Shown here piece after piece: positions 41,422 to 54,030 of a DNA stretch of 64,000 nucleotides. This stretch comes from an uncultured delta proteobacterium (GTDB taxonomy: Bacteria > Desulfobacterota > Desulfobacteria > Desulfobacterales > JAHEIW01): NCBI GenBank assembly GCA_963706575.1, contig CAVPNL010000003.1, positions 256,001 to 320,000 on the forward strand, given 5' to 3'. The notes beneath the pieces are model-generated. The model was not told the origin of the DNA. It searched no databases and worked only from the letters and a program-made list of their open reading frames with translations. The position numbers were made by a program, and so were the translations under genes. How positions within the stretch are numbered: the first letter of the stretch is position 1; the number at the start of each line of letters is the position of its first letter.

Positions 41422-42129
41422 TTATTTATTTTCTATCTTTTCGATCCAAAGATATATTTTTTCACGATAGCCATAGCACAGTAATGCTAAAATCAGGCAG
41501 GCCGCAATCACAACCCCGAGCAGAACATAATTTTGTTCATATAGGAATCCACCCTGCAGGCTTAAGGCAAATGTACCCGGCATTCTGCCAATACCGGCCA
41601 GCAAAATAAAAATCTTCATCGGCAAGGTGCTTACACCAAGCGCCAGGCACAGGTAGTCTTTGGGAAACCCCGGAAATAAAAACAGGATAAACAATACAAT
41701 GATCCCCTGGCGTTTGACCAGTCCATCAATTTTTTGAAACTGGTGCGCCGGAATCCGTTTCCGCACATACCGCTCACCCACAAAACGACCAATCACAAAA
41801 TTCAACCAGGAACCCACTGTCAGACCGATACTGGAATAGATAAAACCCGCCAGCGTCCCAAACAAATAACCGCCAATAAATCCCGTCGCTTCGCCCGGCA
41901 CGGGCGCGAAAATGACCTGAAGAATCTGAATCATCATGAAAACCGGCGGCGCGCTGGTTCCAAAGGAGGAAATAAGGAGTCTGATTTTTTCCCTATCGGA
42001 AAACAATCGGTATAAATCGGTGATCTTTTCCCAGATCGGAATCCGAAACCAGAACACCACAAATCCAATTACAATCAGCGCCAAAATAATGAGGATCTTA
42101 AATTTATTTGCAGTGGCTTTTGGGGGCAT
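41422..42129 (-). CDS. TVP38/TMEM64 (DedA/SNARE-associated) membrane protein
   Basis: LQVIFAPVPGE, FLFPGFPKD, GRMPG. Confidence 0.9.
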   Translation of the reverse strand: MPPKATANKFKILIILALIVIGFVVFWFRIPIWEKITDLYRLFSDREKIRLLISSFGTSAPPVFMMIQILQVIFAPVPGEATGFIGGYLFGTLAGFIYSSIGLTVGSWLNFVIGRFVGERYVRKRIPAHQFQKIDGLVKRQGIIVLFILFLFPGFPKDYLCLALGVSTLPMKIFILLAGIGRMPGTFALSLQGGFLYEQNYVLLGVVIAACLILALLCYGYREKIYLWIEKIENK

Positions 42130-42204
42130 AATTTGATGGAACTGGACAAGCGGATAACAGATAGCGATCGCAAGTTACCTTTATTCTGGCCTTATCTTCT
42201 TTTT

Positions 42205-42480
42205 TTACTTTTTTTCACCATTTCGTTTTTTTCGGGTTAGCGCTTTTTTTCGAGACCACCTTTCAAAAAAACTGATCGTGCCGGAATTATAGGCCCGCTT
42301 TACCCGCTCTTCATGAACCTGAATGCCCTCCGGTCCCTTGACGGCCTCCCTCAGGCACTCTGTTTTGCAGAAGCAGACCATACAACTCTCCGGGGTATGC
42401 CTTAAACCATCTTTTCCCAACGGAAAGACAGTGTCGAGTTTTCCGAAACAGTATGGATATTCTTTTTTTCTTTGTGTCAT
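42205..42480 (-). CDS. small Cys-rich hypothetical protein
   Basis: CFGKLDTVFP..CMVCFCKTEC; co-oriented between radC and the TVP38 gene. Confidence 0.7.
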   Translation of the reverse strand: MTQRKKEYPYCFGKLDTVFPLGKDGLRHTPESCMVCFCKTECLREAVKGPEGIQVHEERVKRAYNSGTISFFERWSRKKALTRKKRNGEKK

Positions 42481-42540
42481 TGCCTAATAGTGTTGATCCA
42501 ATACACCTATTGTCAAAAGTTAATTTCAATTCGGAAGCAG

Positions 42541-43281
42541 CTAAGTCCCCTGCTCCGTCAGCTTTTCGAACTCCCGGTTCATACGCGTGATATAGCCCCG
42601 GTCCGCAAAGCTGAAATATCGATTGTCTCCGATGATCAGATGTTCGTGAACAACCATTCCCATCACCTTGCCGGCAAAAACCAGTTGACGGGTAACGGCA
42701 ACATCTTCCGAGGAGGGTTTCGGGTCGCCCGAAGGGTGATTGTGCGCAAAAATAAGGGCAGCAGCATCATGGCTGAGGGCGGCTTGGATGACTTCGCGGG
42801 GATATACGCTGCTCGCGGTCAACGTTCCTTCAGAAATAGTCCTGGCAGCAATCACCTGGTTTTTGGAGTTCAAAAATATGACTTTGAAAATTTCTCGCTT
42901 TTTATCGCCAATGCTATGGTACAGGTAATCGAAAAGCATCTTTGAATCATTTATTGCATCTTTATGAATGAGTTTCTTTTCAAGATACCTGTCGGCAACG
43001 GCTTTGATCAGTTTAATGCCGAAAATGTTTTTGGGGCCGATGCCGTTGATTTTGCTCAGCTCCAGGGTGGTGGCCTCGAGCACCCCCTGCAGCGTTTTAA
43101 ATCTCTTCAAGGCCTCTTTAGCCGCACCTTTGCAATCTTTGCGCGGCATGGCCAGTGTGAGCAAAAGTTCGATGACCTCATAGTCGTGAAAACCATCAAG
43201 GCCGCCGGCCAGGAATCGCTCGCGCAGTCTTTGTCTGTGACCCTCGCCTTTAGGCGATTTTTTGGCTCCATCTTTGGGCAT
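42541..43281 (-). CDS. radC: RadC family JAB-domain protein
   Basis: GHRQRLRERF, HhH GIGPK, VYPREV, AHNHPSGDPKPSSED. Confidence 0.95.
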   Translation of the reverse strand: MPKDGAKKSPKGEGHRQRLRERFLAGGLDGFHDYEVIELLLTLAMPRKDCKGAAKEALKRFKTLQGVLEATTLELSKINGIGPKNIFGIKLIKAVADRYLEKKLIHKDAINDSKMLFDYLYHSIGDKKREIFKVIFLNSKNQVIAARTISEGTLTASSVYPREVIQAALSHDAAALIFAHNHPSGDPKPSSEDVAVTRQLVFAGKVMGMVVHEHLIIGDNRYFSFADRGYITRMNREFEKLTEQGT

Positions 43282-43332
43282 AGAACTGTTCGCGGTTCTA
43301 AGTTATTTTGGTGGCAATTGCTTATTGGTTTC

Positions 43333-43419
43333 AGGTTTCGGGTGTCAGGTGTCAGAATGGATCGAGCTGAAAATCTATCGGATCAGATGCTATACACTAA
43401 AACCTGACACCTGAAACCT
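43333..43419. repeat. heptamer-repeat palindrome (GGTGTCA / TGACACC)
   Basis: aggtttcgggtgtcaggt ... acctgacacctgaaacct (17/18 complementary). Confidence 0.75.
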
Positions 43420-43453
43420 TTATTTCAACGAAACGCTTAAAGCGCAACCCGCC

Positions 43454-44494
43454 TTAATCCTCATCCAACTCCTGCTTAAGTGTTCGCGTCATTAACCGGT
43501 AGACAGCCTCTTTCGGCGCCAGATCTTCATAAAGAATGTGATAAATCTCGCGGCATATCGGCATTTCAACGCCGAGCTTGCGGGAATAATTATAAACGGA
43601 TTTTGCGGTTTTGACCCCCTCTGCCACCATGTGCATTTCATCCAGTATTTGCTGAAGCTTTTTGCCTTTACCTAGTTGTATGCCAACCGAATAGTTTCGG
43701 CTGAGATTACCCGTACATGTTAAAACCAGATCACCAAATCCGGCAAGACCGGTAAAGGTTCTTGGATTGGCTCCCAGATGAAGTCCCAGGCGACGGACCT
43801 CGGTCATTCCTCTTGTAATAAGCGCTGCCCGGGTATTCAAACCCATTCCGAGTCCATCCAGGATGCCGGATGCAATCGCAATTACATTTTTAACAGAGCC
43901 ACCCAGTTCAACACCGACAATGTCTTCACTGGTATAAACCCTGAAATACGGTGCTGCAAATACGTGCTGTATCCTGGCGGCAATCTCAGGATTCCGGCAC
44001 GCCACGGTTACGGTAGTGGGCATTTTTTGGGCGACTTCTTTGGCAAAACTGGGTCCGGAAATCACCGCCAGCCGGTCCGCCTCGACTTCGGGAATATTCT
44101 CTTTGATCACACCTGACATGGTTAGATGGGTTTTTTGCTCAATCCCTTTGGAAGCAGAAGTAATGATCGTGCCCGCAGACAAATGCCCGGCCATTTGCCG
44201 GGTCACATCCCGCATAACATGCGAAGGCACCACAATGATAATTAGATGCTTATGCGACACGACGTCGACCAGATCATTTGAAACCGATAGATTGGGTGAC
44301 AGTTGATGGTCCGGAAGATAAAGCTTATTTTCGTGAAATTGCTCAATGTGGTCTTTGACCTCTTTTTCAAAGACCCAGAGATCAGTCTGAAATCCTTTGC
44401 AGGCCAACAGATCGGCAATGGCCGTGCCCCAGCTCCCCGCGCCCACGACACCAATTCGATAGGTGTTCGGATCTATTTCGCTGTTAATTTCCAT
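43454..44494 (-). CDS. gpsA: NAD(P)H-dependent glycerol-3-phosphate dehydrogenase
   Basis: GAGSWGTA, SGPSFAKE, KNVIAIA, GDLVLTC, SRN. Confidence 0.96.
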   Translation of the reverse strand: MEINSEIDPNTYRIGVVGAGSWGTAIADLLACKGFQTDLWVFEKEVKDHIEQFHENKLYLPDHQLSPNLSVSNDLVDVVSHKHLIIIVVPSHVMRDVTRQMAGHLSAGTIITSASKGIEQKTHLTMSGVIKENIPEVEADRLAVISGPSFAKEVAQKMPTTVTVACRNPEIAARIQHVFAAPYFRVYTSEDIVGVELGGSVKNVIAIASGILDGLGMGLNTRAALITRGMTEVRRLGLHLGANPRTFTGLAGFGDLVLTCTGNLSRNYSVGIQLGKGKKLQQILDEMHMVAEGVKTAKSVYNYSRKLGVEMPICREIYHILYEDLAPKEAVYRLMTRTLKQELDED

Positions 44495-44499
44495 AATCT

Positions 44500-46929
44500 C
44501 TATTCTTCTTTTTCTGCCAATCTGGCGGCACCGACAACCCGTTCCTCGGCATCCATACCCATCAGTTTCACGCCCTGGGTATTGCGGCTAATTACCGATA
44601 TCGAGTTGACCTGCATTCGAATTACCTTGCCGATATTGGTCATCAGCATCAAATCATCATCTTCTGATACCAATAGTATCCCTATGACCAGCCCGTTGCG
44701 TTCAGTGGTTTTTATCGAAATGACACCCTTGCCACCGCGTTTCTGGACCGGGTATTCATCAATCGAGGTCCGCTTGCCGTACCCGTTTTCGGTTAGTGCA
44801 AACAAGGTTTGGCCGTGGCTCAGGACTTCCGCCCCAACAATTTGATCTCCTTTGGCCAGGCGCATTCCCCGAACCCCGGTCGCAACCCGCCCTGATGGCC
44901 GGACATCGGATTCGTGAAAGCGGATGGCTTTCCCCATGCGGGACCCCAGGAACACATTCAGCGTGCCATCGGTAATACGCGCTGCAATCAATTCATCGCC
45001 CTTAAGAAGATTCAGCGCAATGATACCGCCGGAACGGGGGCGGCTGAATGCCATTAAATCCGTCTTCTTAATCACGCCATATTTAGTCGCCATTAGAACA
45101 TGATAGCCCGGCTCAAATTCCGGTACTGCCAATACGGTGGTCAGCCTTTCATCTTTTCCGAAATTCAGCAGATTCACAATCGCCTTGCCAAGGCTCATAC
45201 GACCGGCCTGGGGCATATCGTAGACCTTACGCCAGTAAACTCGGCCCTGATTGGTAAAAAAAAGAAACGTGTGGTGGGTAGAAGCGACAAACAAATGTTC
45301 GACAAAATCATCTTCTTTGGTCCCCATCGCTGTTTTGCCTTTACCGCCCCGGCGTTGGTTCCTGTATAGTGTGATCGGATTGCGTTTTATATAGCCGCGT
45401 TTGGAAATTGTAACGACCATATCCTCTTCAACAATCATATCCTCTATGGTAATTTCTTTGGTCTCTTCAATAATTTCGGTATAACGATCATCACCAAACT
45501 GCTCCTGTATCTCTGTAAGCTCCTCTTTTATAATATTGAGGACCAGTCGCTCACTGGCAAGAATTTCTTTAAACCGGGCGATGTCTTTAAGGATATTTTT
45601 ATAATCCTTCTGGATCTTTTCACGTTCAAGGCCGGTCAGTCGCTGCAATCGCATATCTAAAATCGCCTGGGCCTGCTTTTCGCTCAAACTAAATTTTTTG
45701 ATCAGCTGGTCTTTGGCCTCGGCCGGTGATTTGGATGCGCGAATCAAGGCCACCACATCATCCAGATTATCCAGCGCGATCTTTAAACCTTCAAGTATAT
45801 GCGCCTGGTCTTCGGCCCTTTTCAAGTCATAGCGGGTGCGCCGTATGACGATTTCTTTGCGATGCAGAACGAAATATTGCAGAATCTCTTTAAGATTCAA
45901 AATTTCAGGCCGTCCATTGACAACCGCCAGAAAAATGATTCCGAAACTGGTTTCCAGACGAGTATGTTTATAAAGTTGATTGATGATCACTCCGGCGATC
46001 TGGTCTTTTTTTAGTCCCAGCGCGATTCGCATTCCTTCGCGGTCCGATTCATCCCTGACAAATCTTATGCCTTCGATGTTCTTATCTCTTATCAGTTCAG
46101 CAATCTTTTCAATCAGCTTGGCTTTATTTACCTGGTAGGGCAGCTCTGTGATGACCAGGGTCTCCCGCTGGGTGCGTTTGTCTTTTTCAACCAGAAGCCT
46201 GGCCCTGATACGGACCGCACCCCGTCCGGTTTGATAGGCAGATCTTATACCCTCAGTTCCATAGATCATGCCACCTGTGGGAAAATCAGGGCCCGGCACA
46301 AGTTCAATAAGCTCAGCGGCTGAAATCTGCGGGTTATCGATAAGGGCTTTTAGGGCTTCAATAACTTCAGACAGATTGTGGGGCGGAATATTGGTGGCCA
46401 TTCCCACAGCGATACCGGCCGACCCGTTGATCAGCAAACTGGGAATCTTGGCCGGCAATACGACCGGTTCAAATAAGGACTCATCATAGTTGGGAGCAAA
46501 ATCAACCGTCTCTTTTTCTAAATCTTCCAGCAATTCATGGGCCAATCGCTTCATCCGGATTTCGGTGTAGCGCATAGCTGCCGGTGGGTCCCCATCAACG
46601 GAGCCAAAGTTGCCCTGACCATCAACCAGGGGATAGCGCATGGAAAAATCCTGGGCCAACCGCACGATCGTATCATACACAGCCGCATCACCATGGGGAT
46701 GAAATTTACCGATAACATCACCGACGATGCGGGCCGATTTTTTATACGGCTTGTTCCAGTCGTTTTTTAGCTCGCGCATGGCAAAAAGAACCCGGCGGTG
46801 GACCGGCTTGAGCCCATCGCGGACGTCCGGCAAGGCCCGGCCAATGATGACGCTCATGGCGTAATCCAGATACGATTTTTTCATTTCTTTTTCGATGCTG
46901 ATTTCAGCATGATTTTCGCTTTGGTACAT
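44500..46929 (-). CDS. gyrA: DNA gyrase subunit A
   Basis: [21 protein letters not shown], GyrA box QRRGGKG. Confidence 0.97.
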   Translation of the reverse strand: MYQSENHAEISIEKEMKKSYLDYAMSVIIGRALPDVRDGLKPVHRRVLFAMRELKNDWNKPYKKSARIVGDVIGKFHPHGDAAVYDTIVRLAQDFSMRYPLVDGQGNFGSVDGDPPAAMRYTEIRMKRLAHELLEDLEKETVDFAPNYDESLFEPVVLPAKIPSLLINGSAGIAVGMATNIPPHNLSEVIEALKALIDNPQISAAELIELVPGPDFPTGGMIYGTEGIRSAYQTGRGAVRIRARLLVEKDKRTQRETLVITELPYQVNKAKLIEKIAELIRDKNIEGIRFVRDESDREGMRIALGLKKDQIAGVIINQLYKHTRLETSFGIIFLAVVNGRPEILNLKEILQYFVLHRKEIVIRRTRYDLKRAEDQAHILEGLKIALDNLDDVVALIRASKSPAEAKDQLIKKFSLSEKQAQAILDMRLQRLTGLEREKIQKDYKNILKDIARFKEILASERLVLNIIKEELTEIQEQFGDDRYTEIIEETKEITIEDMIVEEDMVVTISKRGYIKRNPITLYRNQRRGGKGKTAMGTKEDDFVEHLFVASTHHTFLFFTNQGRVYWRKVYDMPQAGRMSLGKAIVNLLNFGKDERLTTVLAVPEFEPGYHVLMATKYGVIKKTDLMAFSRPRSGGIIALNLLKGDELIAARITDGTLNVFLGSRMGKAIRFHESDVRPSGRVATGVRGMRLAKGDQIVGAEVLSHGQTLFALTENGYGKRTSIDEYPVQKRGGKGVISIKTTERNGLVIGILLVSEDDDLMLMTNIGKVIRMQVNSISVISRNTQGVKLMGMDAEERVVGAARLAEKEE

Positions 46930-46947
46930 CTTTACTCCAGAACTAAA

Positions 46948-47146
46948 AGTTATTCGTTATTGGTTATTGGTCATTATGTAAACGACTCATGTTTCATATG
47001 TCACGTGTCAGAGGACAGAAGACAGATGATTAAAACTGGAAAATGAAGCATTCTATCCGACTTCTGTTTTCTGTTCTCAGTCATCTGTTTACTGACACCT
47101 GACATCTGAAACCTGACACCTCCCACTAGCTTACACCTGACACCTA
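46948..47146. repeat. composite heptamer-repeat region upstream of gyrA
   Basis: gttattc gttattg gttattg; agaggac agaagac agat / ctgttttctg..catctg; ctgacac ctgacat ctgaaac ctgacac. Confidence 0.7.
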
Positions 47147-47158
47147 AAATCACTTTGC

Positions 47159-48232
47159 TTACCGACCCTGTTCGATCATCTGTTGATAACTTGCCTGGTA
47201 GATTTCAGCCAGGGTTAAAAACGCGGTCACCACCAGAGGGCCGTAAATTATACCCAGGATACCGAACAGTTTCAATCCGCCAATTATGGAAAGAAACACA
47301 ATTAAGGTATGCATCCGCACCCGTTGACCGACCAGCTTGGGTTTGAAAAAATATTCGATAAAGCTTGAAAGGACGATATAAAAAATCAGGAAAAAGATAC
47401 CGGCGCCGATGCGCCCCTGCAGAAACAACAACATTGCGGCCGGCACAAATACGCCGCCGATGCCCAGGATCGGCAAAAAGGCCAGCAGCCCCATGATGAC
47501 CCCCCACAGAAATGGTGATTTTAACCCAAAGAGGGCAAACACAATTCCGCCCAGGGTACCCTGTATCAGTCCGCCCAACCCATTGCCTAAAAGTATGGCC
47601 GCGGCAATATCTTTGAATTTTTGAATCAATTTTTGGTCCTGATCCTCAGGCAAGGGAGATAGTTTGACGATAAAAGACATCAGACGCCCGCTGTCAAGTA
47701 ACAGATAAAAGGTAATCAGCAGCATAAAAAAGAAATTGATGATAAATTTGAACACATTGGTCGTAATGGACCGTGCTTGCTCATACAAAAAGAGCCCCAC
47801 CACCCTGCCCACTTCGGCAATTGCTCGATTGAGTTGCTCAGCGGTGATCTGGATTTTAAATTTTGCAAGAAACTGATTGATCGTTCCAAATAAATCGCTT
47901 TTTTCAAGCAGTTCCATGATGGGCTTGCTTTGCAGGGCTGCTTTGGCGGTTAAATATAAATCCCAGGCTTCATTGGCTAAAACCCCGATGAAAAACGAAA
48001 GCGGTAAAAAAAGAACCAAAAATATCAGAAAACACGTCAAAACCGAGGCAAAAGTCGAGTTTAGTTTCTGATTCAAAAAATTATAAACCGGAGAAAAAAC
48101 ACCGCTAACCACGATAGCCAGAATGATGACCGACAAAAATGGCCAGAGAAGCCACCCCATCAATAAACAAGATACAATAAATACAGCCAGAAAAAACCAT
48201 AGAATCATATCCCGGGAGCCTTGATTGCTCAC
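47159..48232 (-). CDS. AI-2E family transporter (PerM/YhhT)
   Basis: Multi-TM; LIQGTLGG, FLPILG, KPKLVG, GGLKLFGILGIIYGP; GTG start with GGAGG RBS. Confidence 0.9.
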   Translation of the reverse strand: MSNQGSRDMILWFFLAVFIVSCLLMGWLLWPFLSVIILAIVVSGVFSPVYNFLNQKLNSTFASVLTCFLIFLVLFLPLSFFIGVLANEAWDLYLTAKAALQSKPIMELLEKSDLFGTINQFLAKFKIQITAEQLNRAIAEVGRVVGLFLYEQARSITTNVFKFIINFFFMLLITFYLLLDSGRLMSFIVKLSPLPEDQDQKLIQKFKDIAAAILLGNGLGGLIQGTLGGIVFALFGLKSPFLWGVIMGLLAFLPILGIGGVFVPAAMLLFLQGRIGAGIFFLIFYIVLSSFIEYFFKPKLVGQRVRMHTLIVFLSIIGGLKLFGILGIIYGPLVVTAFLTLAEIYQASYQQMIEQGR

Positions 48233-48279
48233 ATTACCTCCAACTATAAAAAGTTTAACGCCATCCGTCATGACGGCCT

Positions 48280-48427
48280 TTAGAACCCATCTCAAAAATG
48301 CCTTTTGGCCCAATATCTTTGTTGGTGCCTCGTTTAAAATCCTCAACATACAATAGTATGCCTCCGGTTTTAAACTCGGCCCCGCCGCGATCTTGAACCA
48401 AAATCCTATTTTTGAGATTGGTTCTAA
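48280..48427. mobile_element. 148-bp MITE-like palindromic element (family of 13570)
   Basis: TIR TTAGAACCCATCTCAAAAAT (19/20 match); shares GGCCCAA, CATAC-N4-GTATG and CTTGAACC internal motifs with the 13570 element. Confidence 0.8.
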
Positions 48428-48614
48428 TTAAACGGGTATCCTTTGAATCAGGATACACAAGGTATAACCTAAACTGATCGTTTCAAATTTTATAAATGGG
48501 GATGCACGCTCATTCAAACGCGCCTCAACACAAAGCTGTTGCCCGTATCACACGGCTGGCCATTGCAATGATGATACACAAGAAGGGCTCTTGTAAGATT
48601 TTAGGACAGGCTTT

Positions 48615-48770
48615 TTATCTGGCGACAAACCCTCCGGCTGCAAAAATAAGAAGGGTTTCATAAATAAAAACAGGGGTCCAGCTGTCAAATATGGCATAAA
48701 CAATCCCGCCACCAATGATTGCCGGCACGGCACAAAAAACCAAAATACCTAACTTTCGGCTGATGTCCAT
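48615..48770 (-). CDS. small 51-aa two-TM membrane protein (not in ORF track)
   Basis: GGAGG RBS; MDISRKLGILVFCAVPAIIGGGIVYAIFDSWTPVFIYETLLIFAAGGFVAR*. Confidence 0.7.
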   Translation of the reverse strand: MDISRKLGILVFCAVPAIIGGGIVYAIFDSWTPVFIYETLLIFAAGGFVAR

Positions 48771-48937
48771 TCGTGTTGAACCTCCTTTTCAACTAAAAAG
48801 CCTTTGGAGATAACGCCGCTCCAAACCGATGGCTTATGGGGCAAAAAAATCCAATATTTTCAAAGGGATTGACAACTCAGAATTCAACTAACTATTAGCA
48901 ATTATTAGAAAAAAAGTAAAGAAAAAAATTATAAAAA

Positions 48938-49045
48938 AGGGTTCAAGGTTCAACGTTCAGGGTTAAAGGTTAAAGAATCCGATATTGTTATAAAATCTAA
49001 CCGCTGAACCCAGAACCGCGTTATCCAGAACCTCTGAACCCTTGA
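48938..49045. repeat. heptamer-repeat palindrome downstream of thiolase
   Basis: ggttcaa ggttcaa cgttcag ggttaaa ggtta / taaccgc tgaaccc agaaccg..agaacctc tgaaccc. Confidence 0.75.
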
Positions 49046-49053
49046 CTGCTGCT

Positions 49054-50353
<1,300 letters not shown>

Positions 50354-50423
50354 TTAATTTGCTTAACAAATACGAAAAAAGGATTTATAACACGGATAAG
50401 AAGCCAAGGTCAACGGAGATAAC

Positions 50424-51200
50424 ATGTGTTTAATTCTTTTTTCATACAAGTTGCACCCCGATTACCGCTTGATACTGGCGGCCAACCGGGATGAATTTTA
50501 TAACCGCCCGACCGCTTCCCTGGATTACTGGTCAGACCATCCCGACGTGCTGGCCGGACGCGATTTAAAAGGCAACGGCACCTGGCTCGGGATCACCCGA
50601 TCCGGGCGCCTAGCGGCCATAACCAACTACCGGGAGCCGGCCCGCACATGGAAAATGCCCCTTCACGCGGTATTCTCATCCGCGATTTTCTCACCGGAAA
50701 CGCATCCCCGGAGCATTATCTTAAAGCCGTCAGCAAAAAAAGTGAGCGCCTACAATGGATTTAATTTAATCACCGGCGACCCGTCCGGACTCTATTACTA
50801 TTCGAATCGTGCCACCCGCGTCCGGCAATTGCAACCCGGGCTTTACGGTATCAGCAACCATCTAATAGACACTGCCTGGCCGAAGATTCAAAGAGGCAAA
50901 GGCCTGCTGAAGGGCCAGCTGAGCGGCCGGGAAAAAATCGATATTAAAAAAATCTGGGAAATTCTTGCCGACCGATCGCTGCCGGCGGATGAGGACTTAC
51001 CGGACACCGGTGTGGGGTTGCAATGGGAACGGATTTTAGCGCCGCTGTTCATCAGCAGCCCGGATTACGGGACACGCTCCTCATCGATTGTTCTGATGGA
51101 ATATTCCGGTCAGATAACCTTTATGGAACGCACATTTTTAAATGCCGACAATGCTGCAGGGGACGGAGAAACCGTAACGTACAGTTTTAAGGTAAAATAA
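50424..51200 (+). CDS. NRDE (TANGO2) family protein; middle segment appears transiently frameshifted
   Basis: MCLI, ANRDE, GTWLG, YNGFNL, YGTRSS. Confidence 0.9.
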   Translation: MCLILFSYKLHPDYRLILAANRDEFYNRPTASLDYWSDHPDVLAGRDLKGNGTWLGITRSGRLAAITNYREPARTWKMPLHAVFSSAIFSPETHPRSIILKPSAKKVSAYNGFNLITGDPSGLYYYSNRATRVRQLQPGLYGISNHLIDTAWPKIQRGKGLLKGQLSGREKIDIKKIWEILADRSLPADEDLPDTGVGLQWERILAPLFISSPDYGTRSSSIVLMEYSGQITFMERTFLNADNAAGDGETVTYSFKVK

Positions 51201-51247
51201 TAATCCAGGGGTCGGGGAGTTTTGTCATTCCCGGCCTGTCACTTAAT

Positions 51248-52612
51248 CTACTTTATCTTTTTGGCCTTTGAATTCCGTATCAGCTGCCGCCACTTATCAA
51301 GTCTTTCTTTAATGGTCTTTTCAAAGCCCCTGCTGGTTGGGGCGTAAAAGTGCTGCCCTTTGAGCTTATCCGGCAAATATTCCTGGGCCACAACGGCATC
51401 CTGGTAGTTGTGGGCATATTTATAATTTTTGCCGTAGCCAAGATCTTTCATCAGCCGGGTGGGTGCATTGCGGATATGAAACGGTACCGGAAGGGAACCT
51501 GTTTTTTTGACAACGCTGTTGACCTGGCTAAAAGCCGAATAAATGCTGTTGCTTTTTGGCGCTGTCGCCAGATAGACGGCCGCCTGGGCAAGGGCCAGTT
51601 CACCTTCCGGATGCCCCAGGAATTTAAAAGCCTCCATGGCGCTCAGCGTAATGCCGAGTGCATCGGGGTCGGCGTTGCCGATATCTTCTGAGGCAAAGCG
51701 CACCATTCGGCGAGCGATGTAAAACGGATCTTCTCCGGCCGCCAGCATGCGCGCCAACCAATAAAGGGCCGCATCCGGATCGCTGCCCCTCAGGCTTTTG
51801 TGAAGTGCTGAGATGATATTGTAATGTTCCTCGCCGGCTTTGTCATAGACCAGCGCCTTTTTCTGGATGGCGGTTTCTAAATCCTTTAAGGTAATGTTGC
51901 CGCCGGTTGTCGAACTCTCGGGTTTTTGTTTTGACAGCACCAGCGAAGCCGCAACCTCCAGGCTGTTTAACGCTACCCGTCCATCGCCATCTGCTATTCG
52001 TATGATGTAATCGCATGCTTGCGGATCGAGTTGGAGGTTTCGGCCCCCCAGGCCGCGTGATTCGTCATTTAATGCCAGTTCAATGATAGCGGAAATGTCT
52101 TCCTCGGTGAGCCGGTTCAAGGTGATCACCCGGCAGCGGGACAATAACGGGGCGATAACTTCAAAGGAGGGATTTTCGGTGGTGGCTCCGATCAGTGTAA
52201 TCAAGCCGCTTTCCACATGATGCAGAAATGCATCTTGCTGGGCTTTGTTAAATCGATGGATTTCATCGACAAACAGAATCGTTCGTTTGCGGTGAATTTG
52301 CTGTTGATTTCGGGCTTCTGCAATAACCGCGCGTATTTCTTTGACGCCCGAAAGCACAGCCGAAAAATGAACAAAATAGGACCGGGTTTCCCCGGCGATA
52401 ATGCGGGCCAGCGTTGTTTTGCCGCAACCCGGAGGCCCCCAGAATAACATGGAAAAAATTCGATCTTCTTCAATCGCGTGCCGGATCAGAGACCCCGCGC
52501 CCACGACATGATCCTGGCCGACAAACTCGCTGATATTGCGCGGCCGCATTCGCTCCGCCAGCGGCCTGATTGCTTCAGCCGCTTTTTGGGCGTGATAATC
52601 GAAGATGTCCAT
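51248..52612 (-). CDS. rarA: replication-associated recombination protein A (MgsA/RarA)
   Basis: PLAERMRP, GPPGCGKTT, DEIHRFNKAQQD, SALHKSLRGSD, EDIGNADP. Confidence 0.95.
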   Translation of the reverse strand: MDIFDYHAQKAAEAIRPLAERMRPRNISEFVGQDHVVGAGSLIRHAIEEDRIFSMLFWGPPGCGKTTLARIIAGETRSYFVHFSAVLSGVKEIRAVIAEARNQQQIHRKRTILFVDEIHRFNKAQQDAFLHHVESGLITLIGATTENPSFEVIAPLLSRCRVITLNRLTEEDISAIIELALNDESRGLGGRNLQLDPQACDYIIRIADGDGRVALNSLEVAASLVLSKQKPESSTTGGNITLKDLETAIQKKALVYDKAGEEHYNIISALHKSLRGSDPDAALYWLARMLAAGEDPFYIARRMVRFASEDIGNADPDALGITLSAMEAFKFLGHPEGELALAQAAVYLATAPKSNSIYSAFSQVNSVVKKTGSLPVPFHIRNAPTRLMKDLGYGKNYKYAHNYQDAVVAQEYLPDKLKGQHFYAPTSRGFEKTIKERLDKWRQLIRNSKAKKIK

Positions 52613-52657
52613 TAAAAATACCCTTGGTATTTTTGTTATTGGTTAATTCCCTTGGAA

Positions 52658-54001
52658 TTATTTCCGCGCCCTGCCCTTTGGTTTACGATTTTCGCGCGGC
52701 CGGAACAGAATTCGAATGGGGGTCTTGTCCAGACCCGCCTGTGCACGGATCTGATTGATTAAAAAGCGTTTATAGGAAAAATGGACCGCTGCCGGATAGT
52801 TGACAAAGCAAACAATGGTGGGCGGCCCGGTGGTCACCTGGGTGATGTAATAAAATTTGATCGGTTTCCCGCGATGGAGCGGCGGGGGATTTTTGGCCAT
52901 TGATGTTTCCAGAATCCGATTCAGCTGTCCGGTGCCAATTCGTTGCGCGTACTGCTCGTAGACATCGTCAACCAATTTAAAGATTTTTGTCACCCGCTGG
53001 CCCGTCAGGGCCGATATGGTCATGGCGGGCGCAAAGCTTAAAAATTTGGCCTGCATCCTCAATTCATCCATGTATTTTTTTACGGTATGGGTGTCTTTTT
53101 CCAAAAGATCCCACTTGTTCAGTAAAAAGATACAACCACACCCGCGCTCAAATGCATACCCGGCAATACTGATATCCTGCTCGGTAATGCCCTCGCTGGC
53201 ATCCAGCACAATAAGCGCCACATCACAGCGATCCAGGCTCCGCAGCGCTTTGATGATGGAAAATTTTTCAATTTTCTGGTTGACTTTTCCCTTGCGGCGA
53301 ATACCGGCCGTGTCCATCAGCAGGTAGGCTTTGCCGTCCACCTGGCAGAGGGAGTCAATCGCATCCCGGGTGGTTCCCGGTCGATCGCTGACCAGATGCC
53401 GTTCCTGGCCTAATATGCGATTGATCAAAGAAGATTTGCCCACATTGGGCCGTCCAACCACCGCCAGGCCGATAGTGCCTTCAGCCGCCTCCCGGCCCCG
53501 TCCTTTATCAATTGCAGCAAGCCCGGCAACCAGGGCATCGAGAAAATCGGTTATCCCGTAACGATGCTCAGCCGATATCGGAAACAGCGGTTCAATACCC
53601 AGGCTGTAAAAATCCGACACCTGGGTTTCCTGTTCGGCGCCATCTATTTTGTTCACGGCGTAAAAGACCGGCTTGTCGGTGATGCGCAGGAGCTCGATAA
53701 TATCCCGGTCAAACGGGGAAATACCCCCTTTGCCGTCCAGCAGCAAAATGATCACATCGGCATCTTCAATGGCCTGGAGAACCTGGAAGCGAATTCCGTC
53801 AGAAAACGCGTCTCCTTCGGTAAAGCCACCGGTATCCACGAGGGTGAATTCAACTTCGTTCCAGGTTGCGTCTCCGTAATGACGGTCACGGGTAACCCCG
53901 GGAAAATCATCCACCAATGCATCTCTGGTGTGGGTGACCCGATTGAAAAGAGTGGATTTACCGACATTGGGACGGCCGACAATAGCAACAATGGGTTTCA
54001 T
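52658..54001 (-). CDS. der: ribosome biogenesis GTPase Der
   Basis: Two GRPNVGKS G domains, DTGG/DTAG, KH-like tail. Confidence 0.97.
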   Translation of the reverse strand: MKPIVAIVGRPNVGKSTLFNRVTHTRDALVDDFPGVTRDRHYGDATWNEVEFTLVDTGGFTEGDAFSDGIRFQVLQAIEDADVIILLLDGKGGISPFDRDIIELLRITDKPVFYAVNKIDGAEQETQVSDFYSLGIEPLFPISAEHRYGITDFLDALVAGLAAIDKGRGREAAEGTIGLAVVGRPNVGKSSLINRILGQERHLVSDRPGTTRDAIDSLCQVDGKAYLLMDTAGIRRKGKVNQKIEKFSIIKALRSLDRCDVALIVLDASEGITEQDISIAGYAFERGCGCIFLLNKWDLLEKDTHTVKKYMDELRMQAKFLSFAPAMTISALTGQRVTKIFKLVDDVYEQYAQRIGTGQLNRILETSMAKNPPPLHRGKPIKFYYITQVTTGPPTIVCFVNYPAAVHFSYKRFLINQIRAQAGLDKTPIRILFRPRENRKPKGRARK

Positions 54002-54030
54002 AATAAACTCTATTGAAATAAAAATTAAAA

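Noticed and set aside
44500..46929. Topoisomerase IV ParC
   Set aside because: The GyrA box QRRGGKG is present.
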